Source: a virus
Taxonomy: Duplodnaviria; Caudoviricetes
DNA length: 64,000 nt
Virus record (IMG/VR): IMGVR_UViG_3300034166_000463
Location: 6,642-70,641 of that record
Reading direction: 5' to 3' (one strand)
The notes beneath the pieces were generated by a model. The model did no database searches, was not told the origin of the DNA, and saw nothing but the letters and a program-made list of their open reading frames with translations. Shown here one piece after another: positions 7,892 through 17,900 of the stretch. Positions within the stretch are counted from its first letter, which is position 1. Each line of letters opens with the position of its first letter. Position numbers and translations under genes: made by a program.

Positions 7892-8251
7892 ATGTCAGAA
7901 TACATTCAAGAAGCTAATAAAAATGAAAGCTTTGAGGAAATGATGTTTGGAATGACGCAATTTACTCAAGCTATACAAAATGAAATTGCTATAGCTTTAG
8001 TGATGAGTCCAAAAATTAGGACTCGGATAGAAAAAATAATCAATAAGCCAGACCATGAAATCGTAGAAAGCTTAAATAAAAGCGTAAGAGATTTTATTGT
8101 TTCTATGGCTATAGCTGAAAGCTATGGAGTAAACATCATAATGAATGTAATTGCCACACATTCATCAATAACAGGCAATCCTACGCTCGCTGATTCAATG
8201 GTTATTGTAGGCGAGAAAATTCAACAAATCAACAACTCAACACATGAATGA
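7892..8251 (+). CDS. hypothetical protein
   Basis: ORF overlapping the primase start. Confidence 0.6.
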   Translation: MSEYIQEANKNESFEEMMFGMTQFTQAIQNEIAIALVMSPKIRTRIEKIINKPDHEIVESLNKSVRDFIVSMAIAESYGVNIIMNVIATHSSITGNPTLADSMVIVGEKIQQINNSTHE

Positions 8252-10079
8252 ACAAGAAGGTCGCTTCTACGACTTAGAAGAAATCAAAAGCGCATTAGCT
8301 AGCAGGATAGATGAATTTGTTCTTACCATTTACCCTAATGCAAAACGAGAAAGCCAAGGGTATCGAATTGGTAATATAAACGGTGAAAAGGGTGACTCAA
8401 TGCTTATTAGCACACGAGCTAATAATGCTGGTTACTTCATTGATTTCGCTACAGGGGAAAAAGGAAAAGCATGGAGACTTGTATCACTCAACAAGTCAAT
8501 GTCTTTCAAAGAAGGACTTCAATGGCTTGCTAACTTCCTTAACATCAAACCAATTCAATCCTTTGGAACTGTAAGTAAATCAAAAGACCCAGAAAAATTA
8601 GCTAAGGATATACGCACCTTGTCCCCATCTTGTATTGAATATGCAAAGAATCGCGGGATCAGTGAAGAAACATTGCTTAAGTATGGAGTAGGCACAGATG
8701 CTCAAGGGAAAATCTCATTTCCATATTATGACGCTTATGGAAGGCTTGGCATGATTAAGCATTGGGGACTTACGTTGAAACCAGATGGCAAAAAAGATAC
8801 ATGGACAAGCTCCGATCCTATTATGTCTTTGTTTGGAAAAGATGTTTGCGATCCAGATACCGGCATTCAGAAGCTAGTAATTACTGAAGGCGAATGGGAT
8901 GCAATGGCTTGTTGGGAAATGGGCATTCCAGCGGTAAGCATACCAATGGGTTGTTCTAATACACAATGGATCACAGAAGACTATCAATTTCTTTCTCATT
9001 ACGATGAGATTGTATTGTTGTTTGATAACGATCAAGCAGGTAAGAAAGCAGCAAAAGATGCAGCAGCAAGGCTCGGTCAAGAACGATGCCTTATTGTTAC
9101 ACTACCACTCAAGGATGCAAATGATATGATCCGCGCTGGCAGGGGTAAAGAAATTGCTACAGTGATCGAAAACACTGCACCAGAACCAATTGCTGAAATT
9201 GTTGATCCAACATCAATGCGAGAAGGTGTTCGCTCTTACATGAAGGGAGACCATCTTGTTGATGGCGATCCATTCTTCTTGCCTAATTTTGACCTATCAT
9301 TCAGAAAGCATGAGATTACTTTGTGGTTTGGTTTTTCTTTCCATGGTAAATCTGTTGCTGTGGCTAATCAAGTTGCATCACTTGCAGCGAAAGGAAAGCA
9401 AGTATGCGTTGCTTCATTTGAGCAACCACCTGAGCTTACCTTCTCTCAAATACTTACACAGTTCACAGCTTATCCCAATCTCCCATATACGGATGACTTT
9501 GAGTTGGCTTATGATCACCTGAGTAATTTAGTGTTCATGTATAAAAGCATGGAAAGGGCTGACCCAAAGCACCTAATATCAACATTCATCCATGCTCATA
9601 AACGTTATGGAGTCGATACATTTGTAATCGACAACGTAATGACAATGAACATTGACCGTGGTGATAATACAGCTCAAGCAGAAGCAATTGACGGACTGCG
9701 TGTATTTGTTTCCAAGTATCCAGTTCATTTAATGATTGTAGCTCATCCACGCAAGCCTCCCGAAAATACATCCAAACCACCCGGAATGGCAGAAATTCGA
9801 GGAGCATCAGAGTGGGGCGATATGCCACATAATATTATCACAGTATGGCGCGACATGGCAAAAAGTGAACGCATGGCTGAAATGACTGACAGTGACTTTG
9901 ACAGTTCTGATATTGAAAGATTCTTTGAGTCTACTCCATGCGGAAAATTAATTGTAAGAAAGCAAAGAACTACAGGAGAAACACCATTGACTAATTTTTG
10001 GTTTCACAAAGAAACAAAAAGGTTTACATCAAAACCATCTGGTCCAATGCCAATGTATTCTGAATGTCCTTGGAAATAA
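8244..10079 (+). CDS. T7-like DNA primase/helicase (Toprim + SF4 helicase)
   Basis: ITEGEWDAMA and LFDNDQAG (Toprim); GFSFHGKS Walker A, VIDN, AHPRK and IRGAS (SF4). Confidence 0.93.
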   Translation: MNEQEGRFYDLEEIKSALASRIDEFVLTIYPNAKRESQGYRIGNINGEKGDSMLISTRANNAGYFIDFATGEKGKAWRLVSLNKSMSFKEGLQWLANFLNIKPIQSFGTVSKSKDPEKLAKDIRTLSPSCIEYAKNRGISEETLLKYGVGTDAQGKISFPYYDAYGRLGMIKHWGLTLKPDGKKDTWTSSDPIMSLFGKDVCDPDTGIQKLVITEGEWDAMACWEMGIPAVSIPMGCSNTQWITEDYQFLSHYDEIVLLFDNDQAGKKAAKDAAARLGQERCLIVTLPLKDANDMIRAGRGKEIATVIENTAPEPIAEIVDPTSMREGVRSYMKGDHLVDGDPFFLPNFDLSFRKHEITLWFGFSFHGKSVAVANQVASLAAKGKQVCVASFEQPPELTFSQILTQFTAYPNLPYTDDFELAYDHLSNLVFMYKSMERADPKHLISTFIHAHKRYGVDTFVIDNVMTMNIDRGDNTAQAEAIDGLRVFVSKYPVHLMIVAHPRKPPENTSKPPGMAEIRGASEWGDMPHNIITVWRDMAKSERMAEMTDSDFDSSDIERFFESTPCGKLIVRKQRTTGETPLTNFWFHKETKRFTSKPSGPMPMYSECPWK

Positions 10080-10094
10080 AAAAAACAAAACTAT

Positions 10095-10292
10095 ATGGAA
10101 CCATACTACTACGTATTCAAATCAAGTGGACACCCGCCAAGCAAACGGCATGAATCGCTTGAATCCGCCCGCATCGAGTCATTACGCCTAGCCGCCCTGC
10201 ATCCAGGACAGTCGTTTGAAATCCTCTTGTGCATCGGGATAACTCAAGCCGCGAAAGCATCAACATTCTGGATGGACGGAATAGAACCATAA
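10095..10292 (+). CDS. small phage protein
   Basis: P-x-KRHESLESARIESLRLAALHPGQSF motif typical of small phage proteins. Confidence 0.65.
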   Translation: MEPYYYVFKSSGHPPSKRHESLESARIESLRLAALHPGQSFEILLCIGITQAAKASTFWMDGIEP

Positions 10293-10389
10293 ACAATTTC
10301 CTCGCGGATCGGGAGAACCCGACGAGCAGGGGCAAAGGGGGAGAACGCATCCCAAAAAACGTTCACCAATTTACTATAGAAACCAATCT

Positions 10390-10614
10390 ATGAGAACAAC
10401 AGTCACAATAATCCGAGAGGTTGAAATTGAAGTCGAGGCTCACTATGCCTCTGGCACACCTGCAACCCACTTGCAGCCGGAGGAACACGCTAACGTCGAA
10501 ATCATTGGGGCACACGTTGACGGCGATAGAATCGAGTTGACCGACGATGAGCGTGACGAGGTATACGAGATGATTATCCAAGACCCACCGCAGCGCGACT
10601 ACTACGACGATTAA
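10390..10614 (+). CDS. acidic hypothetical protein
   Basis: ORF in the gene run. Confidence 0.65.
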   Translation: MRTTVTIIREVEIEVEAHYASGTPATHLQPEEHANVEIIGAHVDGDRIELTDDERDEVYEMIIQDPPQRDYYDD

Positions 10615-10643
10615 AAGTATAACCAATTTCATTATCAATTAAA

Positions 10644-10868
10644 ATGAAACCAGAGAATAATATCAAGCGACCTGTAGGAAGGATTCCCGCTGATACAAAA
10701 GCATGGTTAGAAGTAAATGAAAAATGGACTGGTTCAGAAATTGCTATTTGCCTTTGTGGTAAATGGTATCATAAGATGGATCATCTTGCTCCGTATCACA
10801 CAGAAATGAACTGGTGTAAAAAATGCGGATACCAATGCCCCCCAGAAAGCAAAAATAACAATGACTAA
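10644..10868 (+). CDS. Cys-rich hypothetical protein
   Basis: CLCG and CKKCG motifs. Confidence 0.55.
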   Translation: MKPENNIKRPVGRIPADTKAWLEVNEKWTGSEIAICLCGKWYHKMDHLAPYHTEMNWCKKCGYQCPPESKNNND

Positions 10869-11118
10869 AAAAGAAAAGCATCAAAAGTTAAAAGCTTTAA
10901 TTAGTGAAATTCATTATCAAGCATACGAAGGAATTTCAACATGGGGTTATTGTGAAAAGAAATGTGGCAATAGCGCTCGCGGTAGCAATATTTGTTTAAG
11001 TTGTTTATCTCTTGAGCTTGAAAAGCTTGTAGGAATAAAAAACTCAGACAATTATGTATGCGCTTTAACAACTGCAAAAAAACTAGAAAACGAATTTAAT
11101 CAAAAATATGTTAAGTAA
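10861..11118 (+). CDS. hypothetical protein
   Basis: Overlaps its neighbours; CxxxC/CxxC motifs. Confidence 0.55.
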   Translation: MTKKEKHQKLKALISEIHYQAYEGISTWGYCEKKCGNSARGSNICLSCLSLELEKLVGIKNSDNYVCALTTAKKLENEFNQKYVK

Positions 11119-11557
11119 AACACACAACCTAGTCGAATCCATGACATACGCTTTAGGGCCTTTGTTTCATGAAGAGCCTGATTATAAAACTATCCAACAA
11201 GCAATAGGGCTAGTAATAGCTCGTATAGCAATGGCAACACCAAACCGTGGAAAAGAATTCTTAGAACTTTCTATCATACATGAATACTCCCAAAAAGCTC
11301 TCGAAGAACTTCTCAACATTGAAGCAGAGCAAGCAGCACAAAAAGCCCTCGTGGAACAAGGCATTGGGGGATTTGCTAAACTCTTCAGCCCAAGCGACGA
11401 AGAAACAGAAAAAGACCTCAAGGACTACTACCAAGACAGATGCACACTTGAAGACTTGCAAGCAAGACACGAGCGCAGAGCAGCGTTACATGACATTGAA
11501 ATCATCAAGGCCGAAGAAGCGAAGCAAGCCCACCTCGACACTTACAAGGAAAATTAG
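11108..11557 (+). CDS. hypothetical protein
   Basis: Helical ORF in the gene run. Confidence 0.6.
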   Translation: MLSKTHNLVESMTYALGPLFHEEPDYKTIQQAIGLVIARIAMATPNRGKEFLELSIIHEYSQKALEELLNIEAEQAAQKALVEQGIGGFAKLFSPSDEETEKDLKDYYQDRCTLEDLQARHERRAALHDIEIIKAEEAKQAHLDTYKEN

Positions 11558-11909
11558 CGATGCCGCTTGTAGGAGAGCCAAACTTGAATCCAATTACAGG
11601 GCAAGTGGTGCGCTGCTACCAACTGAAGCCATTTGTGCCGTCTGCGGGGTTAAAGCCCAGTCCTCCACAATGGAGCGCCATCACCCAGCGGGACGACGTA
11701 AAACGGCGTTCTGCTTCACCGTGCTGCTCCACAGCCAATGTCACCGCAAAGTCCATGAAGACCCCCTGTGGGCTCAAGAAAAAGGCCTCCTATGGAAAGG
11801 ACGCAATAGCAAAGTCTTCACCGAAGCAGACGCAGTGGGGTTGGTAGCTATGTGGCCTTTTCCATGCTCCTATCCTCTCATAATCCTAAAACAATTTAGC
11901 CCTGACTAA
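11490..11909 (+). CDS. HNH-like nuclease
   Basis: CAVCG...ERHHPAGR...CHRKVHEDPLWAQEKGLL; start inferred. Confidence 0.65.
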   Translation: MTLKSSRPKKRSKPTSTLTRKISDAACRRAKLESNYRASGALLPTEAICAVCGVKAQSSTMERHHPAGRRKTAFCFTVLLHSQCHRKVHEDPLWAQEKGLLWKGRNSKVFTEADAVGLVAMWPFPCSYPLIILKQFSPD

Positions 11910-12166
11910 TGAAAATCCTAAAAGATAAATGGACATGGATATTGCCTTATGGCGGGTATCTTGAATGGGACAATACAGTTTGCCCCTTTGTTTCCCCCGG
12001 TGCTGATTACGTAGGTCAAAATGACGGGTTTACCGTTTCGTTCCGCTACTTCGCCAGCAAAGGAGACTTTGGAGATCGCCGCTTCAAAAAGAAGTTCAGA
12101 ACTTGGAACGAAGCTCATCAAGCTGGAGAACGAGCCCTTCGGTTCATAAATAGAATCAAGCCATGA
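11909..12166 (+). CDS. hypothetical protein
   Basis: TAATG-coupled ORF. Confidence 0.6.
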   Translation: MKILKDKWTWILPYGGYLEWDNTVCPFVSPGADYVGQNDGFTVSFRYFASKGDFGDRRFKKKFRTWNEAHQAGERALRFINRIKP

Positions 12167-12420
12167 AATACGAAGGACCCCTCTACGGCAAAATCGGGAA
12201 GAAATACATCAAACTCAAGCTCTCCTCCGTGGAAGTGGATGAGATGGAAGCAGTGCATTCCCGTTGCTGGGAGTGGCTGCACATGTCAGACAGCGAGTTA
12301 CGTCTCCGAATGGGGGAACTCACCGCACAGGAAATCCGCAACTGCCGAGCTATGCTGAGGCCGATTATAGGATCACGCGCTTATCTCAAAAACGGAATAG
12401 AAACCAACCAGCAATTATGA
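12163..12420 (+). CDS. hypothetical protein
   Basis: ATGA-coupled ORF; LYGKIGKKY and LRLRMGELTAQEIR modules. Confidence 0.6.
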   Translation: MKYEGPLYGKIGKKYIKLKLSSVEVDEMEAVHSRCWEWLHMSDSELRLRMGELTAQEIRNCRAMLRPIIGSRAYLKNGIETNQQL

Positions 12421-12560
12421 AAGAATGGAACGGAATCGAATCAGTCCACTCATGGGCAGCAAGGGAGATGTTCAACTCAGACAATTGGCCTGACCAGCTA
12501 GCGCCATCACACACAAGTTTTAAATTTGACCAAATTAACCAAATAACAACAAAAACAAAA

Positions 12561-12848
12561 ATGAACACACAACAATACAAAGGAGAATGTGTAACAGAAT
12601 CCCAATCACCAGCAGAAAAAGCGTTTCGTGAAATCGACCACTCATTAACTATTCTTGCCGAAGCAGTTAATCGAATTGGAATAAAAACAGATAAAATCCG
12701 AATCACGCCCCCTGCTTATCCTACCACTGATAAAGATAAAAACCCATTAACTAATTCACAATTTGTAGAACGCCTTCTCGGAATTGCATCTGAAATCCAA
12801 CGCAATGTAGAAGACCTCAATATTTTTTCTGACGAAATCGAACTCTAA
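12561..12848 (+). CDS. hypothetical protein
   Basis: ATG after an A-rich leader. Confidence 0.6.
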   Translation: MNTQQYKGECVTESQSPAEKAFREIDHSLTILAEAVNRIGIKTDKIRITPPAYPTTDKDKNPLTNSQFVERLLGIASEIQRNVEDLNIFSDEIEL

Positions 12849-12861
12849 ACAATAAACAACA

Positions 12862-13245
12862 ATGACAACACAAGAACTAATCGAAGCCATCCGCACATGG
12901 GGTGAAGAACGTAATATTATCGGAGCTAATGCAAAAGCAACTACACAAACTCAATTTGTTAAGTTACTCGAAGAAGTCGAAGAACTCAATGTCGCGATTG
13001 CCATTCCTGACCATGATGAACTTGTAGATGCGGTCGGTGACTGCACAGTTGTTCTAATTCTACTTTCTGAATTGGCCGGAGTAAAGTTTGAAGACTGCCT
13101 CCTGAGCGCATACAATGAAATCAAAGAACGCACTGGCAAGATTGTAGATGGCGCATTTGTTAAAGACTCACCTGACGACGACTTTAATGATCCGCTTCCA
13201 GAACGCACTTGCACTGATGGTGAAGTGTGCGAATCCTGCCAGTAG
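12862..13245 (+). CDS. MazG-like nucleotide pyrophosphohydrolase
   Basis: WGEERNI...KLLEEVEEL...DAVGD...AYNEIKERTGKIVDGAFVKD. Confidence 0.88.
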   Translation: MTTQELIEAIRTWGEERNIIGANAKATTQTQFVKLLEEVEELNVAIAIPDHDELVDAVGDCTVVLILLSELAGVKFEDCLLSAYNEIKERTGKIVDGAFVKDSPDDDFNDPLPERTCTDGEVCESCQ

Positions 13246-13270
13246 TTTAAGGTAAAAACTTTTACCTTAA

Positions 13271-13346
13271 CGTAGAATGGCTCGAAAGGTTAGGCGCTTG
13301 GCAGCAAACTAAGAATATGTCGGTTCGATTCCGGCTTCTACGTCCA
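13271..13346 (+). tRNA. tRNA-Cys (GCA), atypical A33
   Basis: Acceptor CGTAGAA/TTCTACG, discriminator T plus CCA, T-arm GTCGG-TTCGATT-CCGGC, anticodon loop CA-GCA-AA. Confidence 0.85.
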
Positions 13347-13410
13347 ATAACTAAAACAGGTTAAAAAACATTTCAGTTAAATACCAAAATCTTAATACAT
13401 ACAAATATAC

Positions 13411-14067
13411 ATGAAATTAGAATTCAAAGGATTCCCTAAAATGCCGCGTCTTTTAAGGGAAGTAATCATAAGTGAAAAAATTGATGGAACAAATGCCTCA
13501 ATTATGATTTCTAAAACAACTGTTGATGAAAAAGGTTCTGAATCTTGGAATTCCCAAGGGATTATTGCTATTGTTGGCGATTTGACTATTCGTGCCGGAA
13601 GTCGAAATAGGTGGGTCACGCCAAGTGATGACAACTTTGAATTTGCCGCATGGGTAAATCAAAACAGAGATGAACTTATCAATCTTGGAGTTGGTCAACA
13701 TTTTGGCGAATGGTGGGGCCAAGGCATCCAAAGAAAATATGGGATGAAAACAAAACGCTTCAGCCTATTCAATACACAGCGTTGGGTGTTGCATGGAACC
13801 GAACCTAAACAAATACCAACTGCTGACCCACGCATTGTAAAAATGCAAGAAGTCCTTCCAGAGTGCTGTCATTTAGTCCCAGTTCTTTATCAAGGACCGT
13901 TTGATACATATAAAGCAGAGCAATGCTTAGAGCTTCTGAAAACAAATGGAAGTGTAGCAGCACCGGGCTTTATGAAACCAGAAGGAATCATTCTATTTCA
14001 TGTAGCAGGAAACATAGGCTTCAAGGCAACACTTGAAGGAGACGAACACAAAGGAATCAAACAATAA
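13411..14067 (+). CDS. ATP-dependent RNA ligase (Rnl2-like)
   Basis: Motif I EKIDGTN, SRNR, FGEWWG, FSLFN, PVLY and PEGII. Confidence 0.88.
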   Translation: MKLEFKGFPKMPRLLREVIISEKIDGTNASIMISKTTVDEKGSESWNSQGIIAIVGDLTIRAGSRNRWVTPSDDNFEFAAWVNQNRDELINLGVGQHFGEWWGQGIQRKYGMKTKRFSLFNTQRWVLHGTEPKQIPTADPRIVKMQEVLPECCHLVPVLYQGPFDTYKAEQCLELLKTNGSVAAPGFMKPEGIILFHVAGNIGFKATLEGDEHKGIKQ

Positions 14068-14085
14068 TTCAAATAAAATAAAACA

Positions 14086-14646
14086 ATGTCAGTAAAGAAA
14101 AAAGCAATGACCAAGGCCGAATCAAACAAACGTTACCTAGCCAATAAAAAAGCTAAAAAGGAAGCAGCAATGTTTAAAGAGGTTCTTGAAACACAACCAG
14201 TAAACGAAACCATAAAAGCAGCAGATTTTCAAAGTCATGATGACGATGGAATCCATTTGCCCCCACCAACAAATAGCAACCTAGACGCAGATGAGTGGGA
14301 GCCTTATGCCCCAAAAGCAAACAACGTGCCTCTAGCGCAAGGAGAAACCCAAGAAACTGCAATTAAACCCGGATACTGGCATTCAATTGATGATATTAAG
14401 GTTGTCGAAACAGATAAAGCAGCAATGTCCCTGGAAGAGTCTGTTGCTGAAGCTGAGGATGCCTCTAAAGCCAGTTCAATTCAATTCAGCTACAATCTAC
14501 CCAAAGACTCCGTAGAGCGCCTAGAACAAGCCGTGGACGCTATTAGATGGCTATCCAGAAAAACTAAAGACCTGCCTCCTAAAACAAAAGAAATCTTAAG
14601 TCTTCGGATTCTTCGCATCGAAGAACTAATTAAATTGATAAGGTGA
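14086..14646 (+). CDS. hypothetical protein
   Basis: Basic N-terminus, acidic middle. Confidence 0.6.
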   Translation: MSVKKKAMTKAESNKRYLANKKAKKEAAMFKEVLETQPVNETIKAADFQSHDDDGIHLPPPTNSNLDADEWEPYAPKANNVPLAQGETQETAIKPGYWHSIDDIKVVETDKAAMSLEESVAEAEDASKASSIQFSYNLPKDSVERLEQAVDAIRWLSRKTKDLPPKTKEILSLRILRIEELIKLIR

Positions 14647-14954
14647 AAAAAAAATCCAATTCCAAACGAGGTTCAGTTAAAAGATTGTTTGAACTTCTTG
14701 GATCTTCAAATGAAGTAGCTCCTATCAATATGGATGAGGCTAGAATGCTAGCTGAAATGGAAGGAGTAGAAATTGAAAAACAATCAGGAGTTCGTCTCGA
14801 CAACGAATGCAACAAAATGTGCTACTCAAGTGAGTCTCACGCAAAGGCTGGAGCCAAGCATAGACTTCGCAACTCAGCTAACGTAGACAAGCTTAGGCAG
14901 TATTTTTGCGACACTTGTAAAGCGTGGCATTTAAGCAGTTCTTTCCATAGGTGA
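14643..14954 (+). CDS. small Zn-finger phage protein
   Basis: C...LRQYFCDTCKAWHLSS. Confidence 0.6.
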   Translation: MKKKSNSKRGSVKRLFELLGSSNEVAPINMDEARMLAEMEGVEIEKQSGVRLDNECNKMCYSSESHAKAGAKHRLRNSANVDKLRQYFCDTCKAWHLSSSFHR

Positions 14955-14970
14955 TTTAGCCTAAGCTAAA

Positions 14971-17900
14971 TTACTGTTTCTCGTTTTTTACTGGCTCCCG
15001 CAATCTATCTTGCATAAAGCCTCTAGACTCACGAGTTCCCGGCAACACTTCAGACATAAAATAAAGCAAGCTGTCTTTAAGCGATATTCCTTTGTTGCTA
15101 GAAGCGTAATCCGTCATGTTGTAATCAAGAAGCAATTTAGCAGCAGCAGCGTAATCATAAGCAGCCGCAGTTGGAGCGGTAAATTCAGCCGTTCCTTCCA
15201 AAAAGCCCGGACGATATTCTCTGATATTTGCGGTATTTCGTTCAACATCCATAAACAATGCCGCAGCCTCTTCAGAACCGGGATTTGTAAAAGCCTTGTC
15301 AATCAAACCACGAACAGGAGAATAACCAAATGCAACACCCGCAAGAGGAATTGCTGTAATAGATTCCTGAGCAGTTGTGTTTAATATCTCCGCTAAAGCG
15401 GATGCCTGCGCTTCATCTACTGTTCCACGGTCTTGAAACAAAGGGCGATCCTTACCAAAGATCACCGCCATTATCGCACGATGGATGACATTTGAATCTT
15501 CGTTCGGGACAATAAGATCATTTGTCACTTGTTGCGCACGTAGCACTGCCTCGTCATCGTCATCGTCACCTGCTTTGAAAACTAAATACAACACGGCTGG
15601 AAGAAGCATCTTCAGCTTCATTGGGTAAAATAGGATGTTCTGGGTAAGCGTTGTGGCTACATTCTCCATCGCCTCCCTGCGACTATCCTCCGCATCTTTC
15701 TCGCTCACGTAGTAATAGTCCATTTCAGATAAGCCCCTTTCTTGCTGCGTAAACATGGTATGAGTCAGCACAGACGTATTACTAGATGTTGAAGCAGTAT
15801 GATTGCTAAACCTAACTAAGCTTTTCCAAAAAGCATTGAGGACAGGGCTTTGGTCACGTGTTTGGAAGAACCAGCTCTTCTTAGATTGGTCAGATTGAGC
15901 CATTACATCATTGACTTTTAGCTTAGCCTGTTGAGCCAATTCTTTTGTTACATCATTCTTGCGAAGCAAAACATCATCAACTGTTTTGACGTTCATCTTC
16001 TCAGCAAGTTCTATCATGAAAATTGTCCCCGCCAACATACGCTCAGGCTTTCCAATCGTAAAACTTAACGTTTTTTCAGCAAAGCGCTCGTAAGCCCTAA
16101 GGCCTCGTCCAACTTTAGCTTTTACTTGGCCCACTCCGTATCGCTCTTGTCCACGAATCATATCCTCTGCTACATCTTGACCGTCAGATGCGCGATAGTA
16201 AACATACGGACTTGTCTTCTGAATAAAGTCCCTAACCTCATTCCTGAATTTGCTGCTAGTTAGCATTTTAGATAATGTGGAAAAATACAAACCAACAGAC
16301 TTGGGCTTGTTTGCAACCAACTTGCCTACAGTGTAGCCAAAGCTAGGACTAACTGACTGATCCCACCATTGAAGAGGAGAAGCCAAAGCTCGCATAATAT
16401 ACATCGAGCTAAGAAATCGGAGTGTTTCAGCCCCACCAGTTTGAGCTGTTCCAATGGCAGAATCGTTCTGGACAATTGTCTCAAGCTCGTAAGCTACCGC
16501 CGCAAAAGCCGTATTAGCGTCTTTTTTCCATCTGTAATGCTCATTGTTGCGGGCATTTATTTCACGGATAGTTTCAAATTCGTCTAAGTTTTCCCCGAAT
16601 GATTGTAAAGTGTCCTCCATGTCTGAGTCTGTGATTTCAATCGGACCATGAGGAGCCCTTACTTTACCTATTGAATGACGCAATATTTCGTAAGAAGGAG
16701 TGACGTTAAGGCGGTAAATGGCATCATCAACCATTGAAAGAGGGGTAGATAAACCGTTTACCATAACAGGACGATAAACCCTATTGCGCTCAAACGGCTC
16801 ACCCTTAGCAATTCCACCGAAGAAAGCAGCTTCATCCAAAGCTACAATTTCAATCGGATCAGAAATGTAACGACCCTCTCGGCCTTGCTTGCGGGCAGTT
16901 GGGTCTTTTGCGTAGCCAAGACGCATCGGGACATTTGTTGCGGTTGGTTTAAACGCTTGGATGTCTGCGTGTTTCCATTTTGTTTTCTCGTCCAGTGCAT
17001 CAACATCCCTGCCTTTCTTGGATGACAAAGCTAAAGACAAGTGCATAGCTGCATCAATGTCAGCAAAAACACTAGAAAGGGTTTTGGCGTAAGCATCCAC
17101 CTCGGACTTCTTGTTGTCCTCAATTGCATCAATCAATGCCGACTCAAGATCAGCAATCGCTTTCTCTGCTTTTTCCTCAGCTAATGGATCATTGTTCTTG
17201 ATTGAAATAACACTCGTGGCTTTTCGCATGATTGCATCAATCTCAGTTGCAAGCGGCTGATCACGGACAAGATCAAGGTGTCCTCCGCTCCAGTATTTAG
17301 AAACCTTGTTTTTACCATATTTTTTTTCCTGCGCTATTACAAAGTCTTGTGATTGGCGATGACCAAAATTCTGCTGTGTTGCCCATGTAGTGTAAGCGTG
17401 AGCCAAAGACATGCCATGAGCGTCTTTAATTCCACGGATTTGAGCCAGTAAATAGCCAATAGCATGATTCTTAGCACTGCTGCCGACTTCTTTTGCTGAA
17501 TTACCTATTTCTTCCTTTGCTATCCTGCGTGAGGTTTCATAACCTTCACGGCCACTAACCCCATCAAAACCATGGTCAAGAATGCCAACCAAATGACGAA
17601 CAGCCTGCTTTGCTGAAAAACTCTTACGAAAACGGCTACGAATACGGGCATCATGATGGTGAGCTAACCTCATCATTGTAAGATCAGTGTTACTGTCAGA
17701 TACAGTCATACCTGCAACTATGCGCTTAGCAATCAAGTCAGCTTCCAATGCGGAAAAAACCAAAGAGAAAGTTTTTTCAATCTTGAAAAGCTGCATACTT
17801 TCAGTGACCAGCTTGCCAGCGTCTTCCATTTTGAACGTAAAGCTCCGAGGCATCCCGTTCTCCCCCTTGGTATCGGTATCAATATCGTCAATCTTCGCCA

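Noticed and set aside
13228-13245. C-terminal CESCQ of MazG resembling a ribonucleotide reductase tail
   Set aside because: Too short to support a functional claim, and no RNR is present in the window.
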